A DNA stretch of 64,000 bases from a virus. Where the stretch lies: positions 1-64,000 of IMG/VR virus record IMGVR_UViG_3300032223_000428; one strand, 5' to 3'. A program made the position numbers and the translations under genes. The notes beneath the pieces are model-generated. The model searched no databases, was not told the DNA's origin, and was given only the letters and a program-made list of their open reading frames with translations. Positions 1-10,785 of this stretch are shown in pieces; within the stretch, counting starts at the first letter, position 1, and the number at the start of each line of letters is the position of its first letter.

Positions 1-774
1 CATCCAACGACCGTTTGAGTCGGTGTCAAGGTTAAACACACCAGCGGTAACTGTACCTGCTTGTGCACCTGGTTTAGCAACTTGATAGATTGTGCGGATA
101 ACTTCACGGTTGATCTCAGCAAGAATTTCTGTAGAAAGAATGTTGCTTAGTTCGCCTTCAGCGTCAAGACCATGAACTGATTTCAAGTCTTGTGCCAATT
201 CGATAGAGTATTCTGCCTTCAAAGCACGAGTCTTTGCAGTAACAGAACGCTTTTCGATGCTGAATGCCATTTGTTGCATTGTAGTACCACCACCGAAATC
301 TTCACCAGTGGAAGTAGAAACGCCAACACCAGTTGCGACGTTACCAGCCATTGGAGTGCCAGAGTTTGCAGTAGAGTCACCAGAGAAACCAGCGTTTACT
401 TCGTTGAACAACGCTTCAGTACCACCTTGGCTGGTGTAACGTGATTTCATTGCGAAGATCAAACCAGTTGGTTGAGTCATTGGTTGTACACCAGCAACAT
501 CATAAGCGATAAGTTGTGGCATTGCACGACGAACCAAGCTGATCAATACTGGATCAAACTTAGCGATACCGCCAGTGTCAGCATAAGAACCAACAGCGTT
601 AGCTGGAGCAGTTTCGTTAAGAGCACTTAATTGCTCGCTATACTGCATTTGCTCACGTTCTTGGTTTTCTAATAGAACAGCAGTAACTTCTTTACGATAC
701 TGGTCTTTAATTGGGGCAGAACCTTCGTGTTCTAGGATTGGTGCCCATTTTTTAACTAAATCTTTGCGATCCAT
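1..774 (-). CDS. 23: Major capsid protein gp23, 5' part (runs off window start; not in ORF track)
   Basis: Manual translation from ATG at 774: MDRKDLVKKWAPILEHEG...VTAVLLENQE...FDPVLISLVRRAMPQLIAYDVAGVQPMTQPTGLIFAMKSRY...RALKAEYSIELAQDLKSVHGLDAEGELSNILSTEILAEINREVIRTIY, which are hallmark gp23 motifs; lies downstream of gp22. Confidence 0.97.
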   Translation of the reverse strand, partial: MDRKDLVKKWAPILEHEGSAPIKDQYRKEVTAVLLENQEREQMQYSEQLSALNETAPANAVGSYADTGGIAKFDPVLISLVRRAMPQLIAYDVAGVQPMTQPTGLIFAMKSRYTSQGGTEALFNEVNAGFSGDSTANSGTPMAGNVATGVGVSTSTGEDFGGGTTMQQMAFSIEKRSVTAKTRALKAEYSIELAQDLKSVHGLDAEGELSNILSTEILAEINREVIRTIYQVAKPGAQAGTVTAGVFNLDTDSNGRWM

Positions 775-785
775 TTTGGATTCCT

Positions 786-1862
786 TTATTTGTTGAGTGC
801 GGATAGATATTTTGCCATGACAGGATCCATAGCTTGTTGCTTTGTTTCTGTCAAGACTTCTACTGGAGCATCAGTTACTACTGATTTAACTTCAGTTAAC
901 TGTTTAGCGCTGAAATAACTTTCACGAATAGTTTTCATTTTTGTTTCGAAAGAATCAGAATCTTCAAAAGCGATTTCATTTGCCAATGTCAAAAACTTTT
1001 CAGTTTCTGTATCAGTCAAACCTTCGCTGATAGACTTAACGATTTCTGCACGTTTTGCTTCTGAAAGAGTTTTTGTCAACTCAACATTAGCTTCAACTTG
1101 CTCATCAAGTTTAGATTTTAATTCATCAATAGTATTTTCCATCTCACCAAGAACATCGAAACGCTCTTCTGGGATATCAATATAATGTTCTTCGAATAGA
1201 CCTTTCAGTCCATTAATGAAACCTTCGATAATCTCTGATTTCATGCCTTGCTCTAGGGCGATTTCATTCTGTGCAATCCACTGCTCGGCAATATAGCCAA
1301 GGTATCCATCAACTTGTTCAACAATTCCCTGTGTATTCTGCTCAACTTGCTCAGCAAGTTTTGCTTCGAATTCTTCTTCAATACGTGCAACTTCAGCAGT
1401 AACACGTGACATAACAGCAGCTTCAAAAATTGTAGCTGCTTTATTCTTAAATTCTTCTGTCAATTCTTCGCCATTTAACATAGCGTCAATGTCTACTTGT
1501 AGACTTTCAAAAGCAACATGTTCTTTACCTTTGGAATTTTGTCCAACGATAGCATTTTTTGATTTAGTGATTGGTTTCTGATCGCCAGCATTAGCATTTT
1601 GTGTTGCACGATTTGCTTGCTTTGATGTAGCATTTGCTGCATCATCTTCATGAGTTACGTTATTACGCTCAACATCTGGATTTGGTGTTTCACCGCCATT
1701 TGGTACGCTGTTAGTAGCAGTACGCATGACAGATTGGTCGCCATTAGATCCACTTGGTTTAGCAGAATTGCTACCACCTTCTTTGCCTGCAACTTTAAAT
1801 TCGTCTAATTGTTGTTTCTTAGACTCTGCTAAAATTTCAGCGATTTTTTGTTCGATTGACAT
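786..1862 (-). CDS. 22: Prohead core scaffolding protein gp22
   Basis: Acidic coiled-coil with EEFKNKAATIFEAAV, VDGYLGY..EQW..NE.A.E.G.KSEI.E.FI.GLK.LF.EHYIDIPEE; lies between gp21 and gp23. Confidence 0.93.
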   Translation of the reverse strand: MSIEQKIAEILAESKKQQLDEFKVAGKEGGSNSAKPSGSNGDQSVMRTATNSVPNGGETPNPDVERNNVTHEDDAANATSKQANRATQNANAGDQKPITKSKNAIVGQNSKGKEHVAFESLQVDIDAMLNGEELTEEFKNKAATIFEAAVMSRVTAEVARIEEEFEAKLAEQVEQNTQGIVEQVDGYLGYIAEQWIAQNEIALEQGMKSEIIEGFINGLKGLFEEHYIDIPEERFDVLGEMENTIDELKSKLDEQVEANVELTKTLSEAKRAEIVKSISEGLTDTETEKFLTLANEIAFEDSDSFETKMKTIRESYFSAKQLTEVKSVVTDAPVEVLTETKQQAMDPVMAKYLSALNK

Positions 1863-1889
1863 TTAGTTCTCCTAACTGGATAGTTCTGT

Positions 1890-1900
1890 TATTTATTTAT
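1890..1900 (-). promoter_or_regulatory. T4-type late promoter (ATAAATA) upstream of gp22
   Basis: tatttatttat on + strand = ATAAATAAATA on minus, ~30 nt upstream of the gp22 start. Confidence 0.6.
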
Positions 1901-1903
1901 TAT

Positions 1904-2560
1904 TTATCTGATTTTACTCAGGAAGTGTTGGAAAGCCTTCACCTTTGCTTCTTGAAGATCTCTAGAAGCAGTTCTTCTAATAAGAGATTTAACCTCTTCA
2001 ATATTTTGTTCCACAAACTTTCCATCAACAAAAACCCACTCTTTGTTCTCCATAATGCCACGAACATATGCGTCTGGTGCTGATGGATCTGCCACAATAT
2101 CTGCAGCAGTAGATAACATAAAGTCATCTTGAACAATCTGAACTCCCTCATTATTTGATTTGAGAGAACCCATAGCTCTACTTGAAACACCAAGGTTTGC
2201 ACCGCCTTCTAAAAGACCTCTAGCAATTAAACCATTTGGAGTTTCTAAAATCTTTGCTCTGCCAATCCAATTAGTGCCTTCTTTACGAAGGTCAGTAATC
2301 ATATGTGATACCAAATGTAAGTTAATACCTGGACCATCTGGATGACCGAGTTCACCATAAGCACGATTGTTTTGAACTTGTTCTTTCAAATAACGACCGA
2401 CTTCTTTGTCCATTGTACTTTCTTTGTACATACGACCATTACGATTTACAATTTCTGATTGAAGAAAAACACCTTCAATGAAGTATTGTTTTGGTTTTCC
2501 TAAACCTTTATCTTCAACGATAAATTTAGTATCTTGAACGTCTTCTCTGATTAGTTTCAT
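1904..2560 (-). CDS. 21: Prohead core protease gp21
   Basis: IEGVFLQSEIVNRNGRMY, RAYGELGHP, LGVSSRAMGSL, DIVADPSAPDAYV motifs. Confidence 0.97.
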   Translation of the reverse strand: MKLIREDVQDTKFIVEDKGLGKPKQYFIEGVFLQSEIVNRNGRMYKESTMDKEVGRYLKEQVQNNRAYGELGHPDGPGINLHLVSHMITDLRKEGTNWIGRAKILETPNGLIARGLLEGGANLGVSSRAMGSLKSNNEGVQIVQDDFMLSTAADIVADPSAPDAYVRGIMENKEWVFVDGKFVEQNIEEVKSLIRRTASRDLQEAKVKAFQHFLSKIR

Positions 2561-2561
2561 A

Positions 2562-3014
2562 TTAGCTTCCTACGGCAGCTTGGTTATCTTTAGCACCAAA
2601 ATTGGCAGTTTCAACTGTTGTATCCCAACCAGCAATTTTACGAAGAGTGATATAACCAGTTACACCACCACCAGTAATAGAAAATTGAAGATCACCAGTT
2701 GAATTTGTTGAATCAGAAAAACCATTTGATGTTAAATCAATATCAATAACAGCGGATGGCGAACCATAAAATATTGGTTGCCAAGTAGTTCCACCAGCAC
2801 CAACACCATCTCTTCTATTAATAGTTAAATTTGATGCTGATAATCCAGAACACATAATACGAACGATTCTAACTACTGGATTATCAGAATTTCTTGCTTG
2901 TGTACCAGCAGTTAATCCTGCAATTGAAATTGTACCAGTATCGTTTGCAACACCTTGAAACTTAATAATAGTTTCTTGGTTGGTGTTTCTAAGTACACTT
3001 GAAGTGAATGCCAT
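2562..3014 (-). CDS. Hypothetical virion/head-associated protein
   Basis: 150-aa ORF tightly packed in the head operon; no recognised motif. Confidence 0.6.
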   Translation of the reverse strand: MAFTSSVLRNTNQETIIKFQGVANDTGTISIAGLTAGTQARNSDNPVVRIVRIMCSGLSASNLTINRRDGVGAGGTTWQPIFYGSPSAVIDIDLTSNGFSDSTNSTGDLQFSITGGGVTGYITLRKIAGWDTTVETANFGAKDNQAAVGS

Positions 3015-3017
3015 ATC

Positions 3018-3563
3018 TTATTCCTCTATTTGTTCAAGTACATGAATAAAGTTCTCTTTTGACTCTCTCATGTACTCGATGATATCTGTTTGGTTAGACA
3101 ATAAATTATTTAGGCGACTTTGCGTTTGCAGATTAATTGCAACAATAGAGTCATCGGCTAACACGTAATGTAATTTACCTTCAACAATTCTATCAAGTTT
3201 ATTCAGAGCACGAATGTCTTGAACAACTGGGTCTACACTAAACATATTGGAAGAAGCAAGTTTAATATATGTTTCGATTAGTGTATATGTAACTTTAACA
3301 TCGTGGTATTCTTTAATAATACTAGCGACCTTTTCGTCTGATAATTCTTCGTATGATTCTTTTGATACTTGTTCTTCTAATTTTTGTGAAATGTATTCTT
3401 GTTTAATAGAGTATCTTGCTTCTTCCAAACTCTTATATTCTGTTTCTTTACCATCAACTAAAATCTTATTCTCTATTGTTTTTTCAATTAGATGTAAGTA
3501 AGATCTAATGCTTTCAACAACATTAGATTTTTTTAAAGATTTTGTTAACGTATGATAATACAT
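3018..3563 (-). CDS. Hypothetical protein, possibly prohead core (gp68 position)
   Basis: 181-aa ORF translationally coupled to the upstream gp67-like gene; assignment is by position only. Confidence 0.5.
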   Translation of the reverse strand: MYYHTLTKSLKKSNVVESIRSYLHLIEKTIENKILVDGKETEYKSLEEARYSIKQEYISQKLEEQVSKESYEELSDEKVASIIKEYHDVKVTYTLIETYIKLASSNMFSVDPVVQDIRALNKLDRIVEGKLHYVLADDSIVAINLQTQSRLNNLLSNQTDIIEYMRESKENFIHVLEQIEE

Positions 3564-3784
3564 TACTGTTCTTCTGTTTCAATTTCAGTAGAAGAATCTT
3601 CAATAGAAAGATCTTGATCTACTTCTTGTTCTGGAGTTTTAAACATATTCTGCGATATAGTTTGACGCATATCATCTAAACGAGCAGAAATTTTCTCTGC
3701 CATTGCTGCTTGGAAAGCAGCTTCTGTTGCAATGGCATCTTTAGCCTGTATTGCAGCCACTAAGTCATTTACTGTATCATTCAT
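3563..3784 (-). CDS. Small prohead core protein (gp67-like)
   Basis: 73 aa, DLVAAIQAKDAIATEAAFQAAMAEKISARLD plus acidic tail, immediately after portal as in T4-like phages. Confidence 0.7.
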   Translation of the reverse strand: MNDTVNDLVAAIQAKDAIATEAAFQAAMAEKISARLDDMRQTISQNMFKTPEQEVDQDLSIEDSSTEIETEEQ

Positions 3785-5385
3785 TTATTCACTCCTTGAT
3801 TTGTTGGGGTTGGTGCTACTTGATCAGTAGATGTTTCTACTGCAGCTGGTGCATTGGCTTGTAGGAAATTCTGTTGAGCAGCCTGAGAAGCTGCAGCCAG
3901 AGTACCATCCAATTCAGCATGCTGCATTTGCAAATCACCATCATTTTTCATTTGTTTATTTATTTCATCAATCTCTTCTTGGTTCATTTGTAAGATGTTC
4001 TTACGAACCCAATCCATAGAATAAAACTTACCGATATATGGATCAACTAATTGAAGAGTGGTCAATCTAGCATTAAGAATTTCATTGTCTTTAAATTCTG
4101 CATAGTGATTGTCTTCAACGAAGTCGTATCTGATTTCAGTTTTTAATTCATCCCATTCATCTGGACGAATAATATTCTTTGCTACTAACTGAACAAATAA
4201 TGCATCAGTGAATAGGTTAGAAAACTTCTTACGTAATCTTGCAACAAACTTATGAAACTTAATCTCATCACGATTAATTTCAGTTGAACGACCAATAGAG
4301 AATCCTGCTTGTTCTTGTAAACGACCAATAGGTACATTCAATGCATGGAATAATTTGTTCTGGAAATATTCAATATCTTGAATATCACCTAAATTCTGAC
4401 CACCTGGAAGTGTAGTAATCTCAGTGCCTTTACCACCTTCACGTCGTGGCATCCAGAAATCTTCCATCATTGACAAATGTTTACGATCATCTCTCACTTC
4501 ACCAGTAGTTGCATCATAAACAATCTTGTTACGGAATTTGTTCATAATGTCTGTAACATACTGTTCAGCTTTAATTTTTGGTAAGTTACCAACGTCAATG
4601 TAGAAAATTCTACGCTCAGGTGCTCGACTAATGCGATAAATGACCAAAGAGTCTTCGATCATTTTTAATTGATTAACTGGTTTAATTGCCTTATGGAGAT
4701 AAGACATCATCATACCAGTGTTAGCGTCTAGGTAACCTGATGGTACATAAACGACTGAATCTATGGATAATTTAATACCCTGTGTAGTACTTTCTGTAAT
4801 ACCTTTGTCATTATACAGATAGTATTCTTCAACAGATTTAATCACTTCAACACCTTGTGGTGTTTTTTCTTTCTTTACATTTTTGATACGACGAATTTTG
4901 CGAGGATCAATATAACGTAATTCTTGAATCCCTGCTTTTAAATTCTTTTCATCTATTAAAATATGAAAATATAAACGTCCATCGATATACCATGAACGGA
5001 ACATATCATGTCCACGATCTTCAAACTTTAATACATGTAAAATTTTATTAAATTCTTCACGAATTTTTTTCTTAATGCTTTCAGAAACTTCAACATCATC
5101 TAGATTAATCGCCACACACTTGTTGTTTTCATCAACAACAATCGCTTCATTTATAATATCTTCGATTGCCATATCGCAATCGCTGTATTGAGAAGCCTCT
5201 CTATAACGACGAATGAGGTCGTTTTCATTTTTAACGACCCCTTCTAAATCCATAACCATGCCATAATGCCCACCAGCATTAACGCCAGTGTTTATTACGG
5301 TGGATCCATCGGCAGGACTTGGAGGAATTACACTTCCAAGTGCCTGCTCTTTTTTACGAGTTATCTCGAATCCAAATAATTGCAT
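3781..5385 (-). CDS. 20: Portal vertex protein gp20
   Basis: YLHKAIKPVNQLKMIEDSLVIYRISRAPERRIFYIDVGNLPK, MMEDFWMPRREGGKGTEITTLPGGQNLG. Confidence 0.98.
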   Translation of the reverse strand: MQLFGFEITRKKEQALGSVIPPSPADGSTVINTGVNAGGHYGMVMDLEGVVKNENDLIRRYREASQYSDCDMAIEDIINEAIVVDENNKCVAINLDDVEVSESIKKKIREEFNKILHVLKFEDRGHDMFRSWYIDGRLYFHILIDEKNLKAGIQELRYIDPRKIRRIKNVKKEKTPQGVEVIKSVEEYYLYNDKGITESTTQGIKLSIDSVVYVPSGYLDANTGMMMSYLHKAIKPVNQLKMIEDSLVIYRISRAPERRIFYIDVGNLPKIKAEQYVTDIMNKFRNKIVYDATTGEVRDDRKHLSMMEDFWMPRREGGKGTEITTLPGGQNLGDIQDIEYFQNKLFHALNVPIGRLQEQAGFSIGRSTEINRDEIKFHKFVARLRKKFSNLFTDALFVQLVAKNIIRPDEWDELKTEIRYDFVEDNHYAEFKDNEILNARLTTLQLVDPYIGKFYSMDWVRKNILQMNQEEIDEINKQMKNDGDLQMQHAELDGTLAAASQAAQQNFLQANAPAAVETSTDQVAPTPTNQGVNK

Positions 5386-5404
5386 TATATAAACCTTCGT
5401 TTAA

Positions 5405-5992
5405 TTATAAAGGAATAGTACCAACTGGTGTATCAATAGAAACATTAACTCCAAATCCACCAGAAGCACCAGTAGCAGATGTAAAGAAGTTGTATTGGAA
5501 CTCTACATCAAACTGTTCGATTGCATTTTGTTGTTCGTAATCTAAACCAATTGCAGAAATAGTAGTTGGATAAGCATCTACGAATCTGTATGTTTTAATG
5601 ATTGCGCCTGAACGATCCAATTGGTGAACTGCCATATCAACTTGATAATCAGTTGGATCTGTACGACCCAATGTAGTATCATAGTTCTGAATGCCAGATT
5701 GCCATTGCTCTAATGCATTACGAATACCGAAAGTAGTATCGTTGTAAATTGTTACAGTCCATGGTTGGAATGTACGCTCACCAGCAAAGTTAACTGGACG
5801 TCCTTTAAAGAGAACAGAAATGTTCTCTAAAGTAGACGCAGGTAACTGAGCAGCTTTACACAAAAATTGTGCACGCTGACCAGCTACTGGACCAAGTGTA
5901 ACAAATGCAGGGAAGGTTAATTCAACACGGAATTGATTAGGGCGAGCACCGCCACCAATCATCTGTGATTTGAAATCAGCAATATTTGCCAT
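5405..5992 (-). CDS. 19: Tail tube protein gp19
   Basis: GGARPNQFRV, FLCKAAQLPAS, AGERTFQPWTVTIYND, AYPTTISAI.LDY. Confidence 0.96.
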   Translation of the reverse strand: MANIADFKSQMIGGGARPNQFRVELTFPAFVTLGPVAGQRAQFLCKAAQLPASTLENISVLFKGRPVNFAGERTFQPWTVTIYNDTTFGIRNALEQWQSGIQNYDTTLGRTDPTDYQVDMAVHQLDRSGAIIKTYRFVDAYPTTISAIGLDYEQQNAIEQFDVEFQYNFFTSATGASGGFGVNVSIDTPVGTIPL

Positions 5993-6014
5993 TTAATTCT
6001 CCTTTTGTTCTTTC

Positions 6015-6023
6015 TTATTTATT
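6015..6023 (-). promoter_or_regulatory. Late promoter (ATAAATA) upstream of gp19
   Basis: ttatttatt in the gp18-gp19 intergenic gap. Confidence 0.6.
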
Positions 6024-6029
6024 CTCTAA

Positions 6030-8381
6030 TTAAGCACCAACTTCTGTGAAGTTAATACCAGAACGAGCAGCAACGAAATTAAGAGTGATAAAGTTGATAG
6101 AACGATTTGGTTTAACGAAGATATCAGCAACAAACTGATTAGAGTCGATAACCTCACCAGTATTATTAGATTCATCGCATTTAACACGGAAATCTGTAAT
6201 ACCACGACGACCCTGAACATCACGTAGGAATGGTTCAATCAAATTCTTAAACTGAGCACGAGTAAATCCATCGTTGAATTCGAACAATTGATACTTAGCA
6301 GCAGTAGCGATAGCCTTTTCCATAACGATGAATAGACGACGCACGTTGATGCGATCAAACGCAGATGGTTTGCTCAACAATGTTTTATCACCGTATAGAA
6401 CTGTACCTTGTCCTGGGAATGTAACAACTGGGTTAACACCAGATTTGTACAATGTATCACGATCTGTTTTAGTTGGGTTGATTGCCAACTTAACAACACT
6501 CTTAATTTGACCACGATTTAGACCACCTGGAGAGAACCATGGATCATTAGTGTAATCAGTACGAGCGCATAGACCAGCGATATCACCATTTAATGGGATC
6601 CAACGATACTTGTCGTTGTAACGATCATATTGATACTTGTAACCAGAATCAAGAACTGCGTATGAAGAACTTGGTAGTGCGTTACGATATGCAATAATAG
6701 CAGTAGTAGCATCAGAGCCATTACCAGTAATAACTGCACCAGTGCTTGTATTTTGTGGTGATGCGAACACTACGCAGTCAAGACGAGTTTCTGCCACGTT
6801 TCCGATAACGTATGTAGTTGTAGCAGCATCTGCTTTACCCATCAATACTAATGAGATGTCGTATGTAGCATCATCAGCGAATAGTGCATATGCTGATTGG
6901 ATCTGACCTGCTGTTGGAGCACTTGCACTAATACCATCAACACCACCTGAAAGAGCAAGAATCGATGCAGATGATAATGTTGCAAATGTAGTACCTTGAG
7001 CAGCATTACCCCAGTTAGTTCCTGCTGTTGTATGATCCATCCAGTAAATATATTTGGAATCACCATTAATTACATCTTTATAGTAATTATTAGTTCCATC
7101 TGATTTCTTTGCATCAGATGCTTTAGAAACGAATGCATACTTTTCTAAAACAGTACCAGCAGTTCCAGTCCATGCGCCTGTAGAGTCAACTACAACTACG
7201 TGTAATTCATCTAAAGATCCACCCAAACCAGTAGCATATGGGGATGTAGATGGCGCAGCATCAAAGTTAGCTTTGTATGTCCATGCTGCAAAAGATGCAG
7301 AGTCAGCCATAGAAACTGTTAATGAATTACCGAAAGCACCTGGAAAACGTGCAGCCCATTCTCCAACAACGGCTTCACCATTGATATAAGAAGAACTGTA
7401 AACATCATTGTTATTAATCTTTAAACCACCAACAGAGATAACAGCTGTGCCTTGAGCAGCAGCAGAAATATATGTTAGTGTGGCAGAACCGCTAGCAACT
7501 GCGCCAGATGTATGTGTTGGACCAGTAGAACCAGTTGTACCAGCAGCAGTAACTTGATACAATCTTCCACTAAAGTAAACATATGCGTTAAGAGATACAG
7601 CTGTAGTTGCTGTCCATTGTGTTCCTTGTGAAGAACCAGCAAATGCTACAGTTACTGTAGGAGCAACAGTATATCCAGATCCAGGATTAGTAATAGTAAT
7701 ACCAGTTACTGTAGAAGTAGATATTGTAATTGTACCAGCCGATGCGTTAGTTCCTGGACCGCCAAAACTAATTGTTGGAGCAGATGTATAACCAGAACCA
7801 CCACTAGTAATAGTAATGGAAGTAACCGCACCACCGCTCACTGAAGCAGTACCAGTGGCACGTACACCACCTGATACTTGTGGGTCAGAGAAAGTAATTG
7901 TTGGAGCAGATGTATAACCAGAACCACCATTACCAACTGCTGCTGCAGTAATAGATCCACCAGACATAACTGCTGTACCAGTAGCAGTAGCACCACCAAC
8001 AATCCCTGGAGCACTAAAAGTAACTGTTGGAACTAAAGTACTATCGTATAAAGTACCACCTGCTGTCATAGTAACAGAAGTAACAGTACCAGTTTGAGTT
8101 GCAACAGCATTTCTTGCTAATGTAGAATCAGCACGAACAACCATTAAACTATTAGTATATGACAGGAAGTTTGCTGCAGTGAAAAAAGATGTTGCATTAA
8201 GATCAGATGGTTTACCGAAAGTACGAACCAATTCGTTTTCAGAACTAATCATTGTAGGAGCCATTACTGGACCCCATGGGAACGCACCAGCAAACGCACC
8301 AGTAGAACTAGATACTGCTGGTACGATGGATGTGTAATCTTTTTCTACGACTGCAACGCCTGGAGATAATTGGAAAGGCAT
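6030..8381 (-). CDS. 18: Tail sheath protein gp18 with inserted Gly/Thr-rich repeats and a CBM-like module
   Basis: [12 protein letters not shown]-terminus; [52 protein letters not shown]-terminus. Confidence 0.97.
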   Translation of the reverse strand: MPFQLSPGVAVVEKDYTSIVPAVSSSTGAFAGAFPWGPVMAPTMISSENELVRTFGKPSDLNATSFFTAANFLSYTNSLMVVRADSTLARNAVATQTGTVTSVTMTAGGTLYDSTLVPTVTFSAPGIVGGATATGTAVMSGGSITAAAVGNGGSGYTSAPTITFSDPQVSGGVRATGTASVSGGAVTSITITSGGSGYTSAPTISFGGPGTNASAGTITISTSTVTGITITNPGSGYTVAPTVTVAFAGSSQGTQWTATTAVSLNAYVYFSGRLYQVTAAGTTGSTGPTHTSGAVASGSATLTYISAAAQGTAVISVGGLKINNNDVYSSSYINGEAVVGEWAARFPGAFGNSLTVSMADSASFAAWTYKANFDAAPSTSPYATGLGGSLDELHVVVVDSTGAWTGTAGTVLEKYAFVSKASDAKKSDGTNNYYKDVINGDSKYIYWMDHTTAGTNWGNAAQGTTFATLSSASILALSGGVDGISASAPTAGQIQSAYALFADDATYDISLVLMGKADAATTTYVIGNVAETRLDCVVFASPQNTSTGAVITGNGSDATTAIIAYRNALPSSSYAVLDSGYKYQYDRYNDKYRWIPLNGDIAGLCARTDYTNDPWFSPGGLNRGQIKSVVKLAINPTKTDRDTLYKSGVNPVVTFPGQGTVLYGDKTLLSKPSAFDRINVRRLFIVMEKAIATAAKYQLFEFNDGFTRAQFKNLIEPFLRDVQGRRGITDFRVKCDESNNTGEVIDSNQFVADIFVKPNRSINFITLNFVAARSGINFTEVGA

Positions 8382-8439
8382 TGTAATTCTCCTTGTTAAT
8401 AAGTTTTTACTTTAGACAGAAAATCTCGTGTCTACATTT

Positions 8440-8446
8440 TATTTAG
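8440..8446 (-). promoter_or_regulatory. Late promoter variant (CTAAATA) upstream of gp18
   Basis: tatttag in the gp17-gp18 gap; same motif recurs before other late genes. Confidence 0.55.
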
Positions 8447-8461
8447 TTTTTACAAGTTTTC

Positions 8462-10039
8462 TCAAAAATTCAATGGATCTTTTTCATCCTGTCCATCGTT
8501 ATAAAACCCAAATGGTGTTAATTCCTCTTCAATAGCCTGTATTTGTTTCTTATACATAATCTCTCTAAGGTTTACATTATTTAGGTCTTTAAAATAAGGT
8601 TGGGTTGTAACCCATCCGAATAGAACCAATGGCATAACCAAGTCATCGTGATATCCTTCATCAGCAGCATAAGATCCCTTAACCTCAATGAATGTAGAAA
8701 TCTCAGAGATAGTATCTGCGTCGGTGATCAAAAGTTTGTTTTCTTCGACTAACGACTTGAAGTTGTGACATCCAATTCGTTTAATCTTTTTATCAGTATT
8801 GACACCAAGTTGAGTCTTACCTCCACCGAAACCTCCACCGATATATTGCCCCATAGTATGACGATTCACGAATAAAAGATTTTCGTATTCAAGTTCAGAG
8901 TACAGGATGTGGGCGACCTGTTCACTGGTATTAATTTCTATAAGAACGTATGCTTCGTTATATTCTTTACCAACTTTGTATATTACGTTTGGATATAATA
9001 GTGGACTAATATCATTTTTACGATATTTTGCAACAACCCTATATGGTGTTTCAGTGATATCAACAACCTGAAATGCTGAGTGATCGCCACCAACACCTTT
9101 CGCTACGTCACAAACCATACAATATGTATGTCCTGCGCTTGGTTTAATGTAAACGTCCAACCCATCTTTAGAGTGGATTATAGGATCTACTGGCATTTTA
9201 GCGATAACGTCTGCAGAGATAAGAGTTAAACTAGATCCAAGGAATTTACAAGCAACCTCTTGATTGTATTTAAGTTCACCAAGCATAGCCTTTTGTTCTG
9301 CAGCCCATTTGTCATCACGTCCTGGAATTTCCCAGTAAGGAATAAACAATGGAACAAAACCATTTCTACCATTCTCGGCATCATTCCAAAACTTCCAGAA
9401 ATGATTGTATCCAAGTGGAGTTGAAGATAGAAGAATCTTAGTAGTCTGACCAGCAGAAATTGTCGGATAAACAGATGTAAAGAATTCCTCTGCAACTTGG
9501 TTTGGAATAATCGCAGCTTCGTCAACATATAGTAAGTTAACAGATTTACCACGAATACCAGATGCAGAAGTTGCAGAAGTGAATACTTTAGATCCATTCT
9601 CTAGTTCTACGTCACCTTTATTCCAAGTAGTAACACCCTGTTGCATCCACTTTGGAAGTAGTTCATACATAGTCTGATAACGATTTAAAACTTCACGTGC
9701 TGCAGTTGCCTTGTTAGCCAAAATAGCAACAGTTTTATTTGGCTGAAAGATTGTATACCAAAGAATATAAGCAGCAGAAGTAGTTGTCTTTCCCTGCTGG
9801 CGACCTTCCATTAAAATAACTCTACGATTATTATGAATTACATCTAATTTATTTTTCTGACAATCATATAACTTGAACAACTGTAGACCATGGTCTAGTG
9901 TAACGATGTAACAATAATGTTCAATAAAGTAAATATAGTCTTGAGCACACTTAATATACTCTTGAATATTGTCTGGTGTAAATTGTACAGTAACACCAGC
10001 AGCCTTTAAGTTCGAATTCGAATTATAAATTTCAGCCAT
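8462..10039 (-). CDS. 17: Terminase large subunit gp17
   Basis: Walker A GRQQGKTT, Walker B LLYVDEAA, SSTPLGYNHF, nuclease DVAKGVGGDHS and GYHDDLVM. Confidence 0.98.
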   Translation of the reverse strand: MAEIYNSNSNLKAAGVTVQFTPDNIQEYIKCAQDYIYFIEHYCYIVTLDHGLQLFKLYDCQKNKLDVIHNNRRVILMEGRQQGKTTTSAAYILWYTIFQPNKTVAILANKATAAREVLNRYQTMYELLPKWMQQGVTTWNKGDVELENGSKVFTSATSASGIRGKSVNLLYVDEAAIIPNQVAEEFFTSVYPTISAGQTTKILLSSTPLGYNHFWKFWNDAENGRNGFVPLFIPYWEIPGRDDKWAAEQKAMLGELKYNQEVACKFLGSSLTLISADVIAKMPVDPIIHSKDGLDVYIKPSAGHTYCMVCDVAKGVGGDHSAFQVVDITETPYRVVAKYRKNDISPLLYPNVIYKVGKEYNEAYVLIEINTSEQVAHILYSELEYENLLFVNRHTMGQYIGGGFGGGKTQLGVNTDKKIKRIGCHNFKSLVEENKLLITDADTISEISTFIEVKGSYAADEGYHDDLVMPLVLFGWVTTQPYFKDLNNVNLREIMYKKQIQAIEEELTPFGFYNDGQDEKDPLNF

Positions 10040-10041
10040 AA

Positions 10042-10785
10042 TTAAAAGTTATTTTGCCAATTCTCGTTAGTTACAGTATTTGTTATTGGATTGCCCTGCG
10101 CATCGTATGTTCTAGCAGGTGCAGATAGATCTTGATTATTACCTACATTAGCATTAACCTGAGTTATAACAGACTTGTTATTGACTGGTCCAAATAGATT
10201 TAATTTCATTTCAAAGTCTAATGTCTGAACAACAGATCGTCTTTCTTGAAAACTTCCATCATAATCATCTTGTACTTGAACAGAATTTAAAATAATTGGA
10301 ACATCAGTTGATATGCCCATATCTGGTAGCATATCCAATGTTAATGTATATTCTGGTGTAAATGTTGGAAGGATTTGCTCAAGAATCTGTAATCCATCTT
10401 CTTGAGTTTTGGTTAAAATGTATAAAGATATCGATATGTTATATGGTACTGGAGTGTAAACAGTAAGTGGACTATTTCCAGTACCAGATTTAATTTGTTG
10501 CATACGATTAGTCTTACGAGAAGAATCATATTGATATCCAGTAATCTCAAAAGACATTCTTGGTAATGTTGTTTGTACAGCTGTTTCTAAATTACTATCA
10601 GAATCTAAACGAACTAACCACTTTTCTTTTGGGGCATATGCCAGTGGTATTTGCAAACGCTGTAAAGTAGTGCCATTAACAGAGTCACCCTGTTTGCGAT
10701 CGATATAGATGTCACTGAATAGACGACCGAATGCAACGATCGCTTTTCTTATTGAGCCATGATAATAGATGTTACCGTTAAGCAT
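10042..10785 (-). CDS. 15: Tail sheath stabilizer/terminator gp15
   Basis: YYHGSIRKAIVAFGRLF, PLAYAPKEK, LPRMSFEI, QILEQILPTF.P. Confidence 0.95.
   Translation of the reverse strand: MLNGNIYYHGSIRKAIVAFGRLFSDIYIDRKQGDSVNGTTLQRLQIPLAYAPKEKWLVRLDSDSNLETAVQTTLPRMSFEITGYQYDSSRKTNRMQQIKSGTGNSPLTVYTPVPYNISISLYILTKTQEDGLQILEQILPTFTPEYTLTLDMLPDMGISTDVPIILNSVQVQDDYDGSFQERRSVVQTLDFEMKLNLFGPVNNKSVITQVNANVGNNQDLSAPARTYDAQGNPITNTVTNENWQNNF

Noticed and set aside
190-444. Plus-strand ORFs 190-444 and 257-439, and the many other short antisense or overlapping ORFs in the track (e.g. 59363-60052)
   Set aside because: They are shadows of strongly supported genes on the opposite strand or frame (gp23, tape measure, etc.), with no SD or motifs.
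3781-10039. Introns, inteins or homing endonucleases in portal, sheath or terminase genes
   Set aside because: The ORFs are continuous and of normal length; the gp18 extra length is explained by Gly/Thr repeats and a CBM-like module, not intein motifs.
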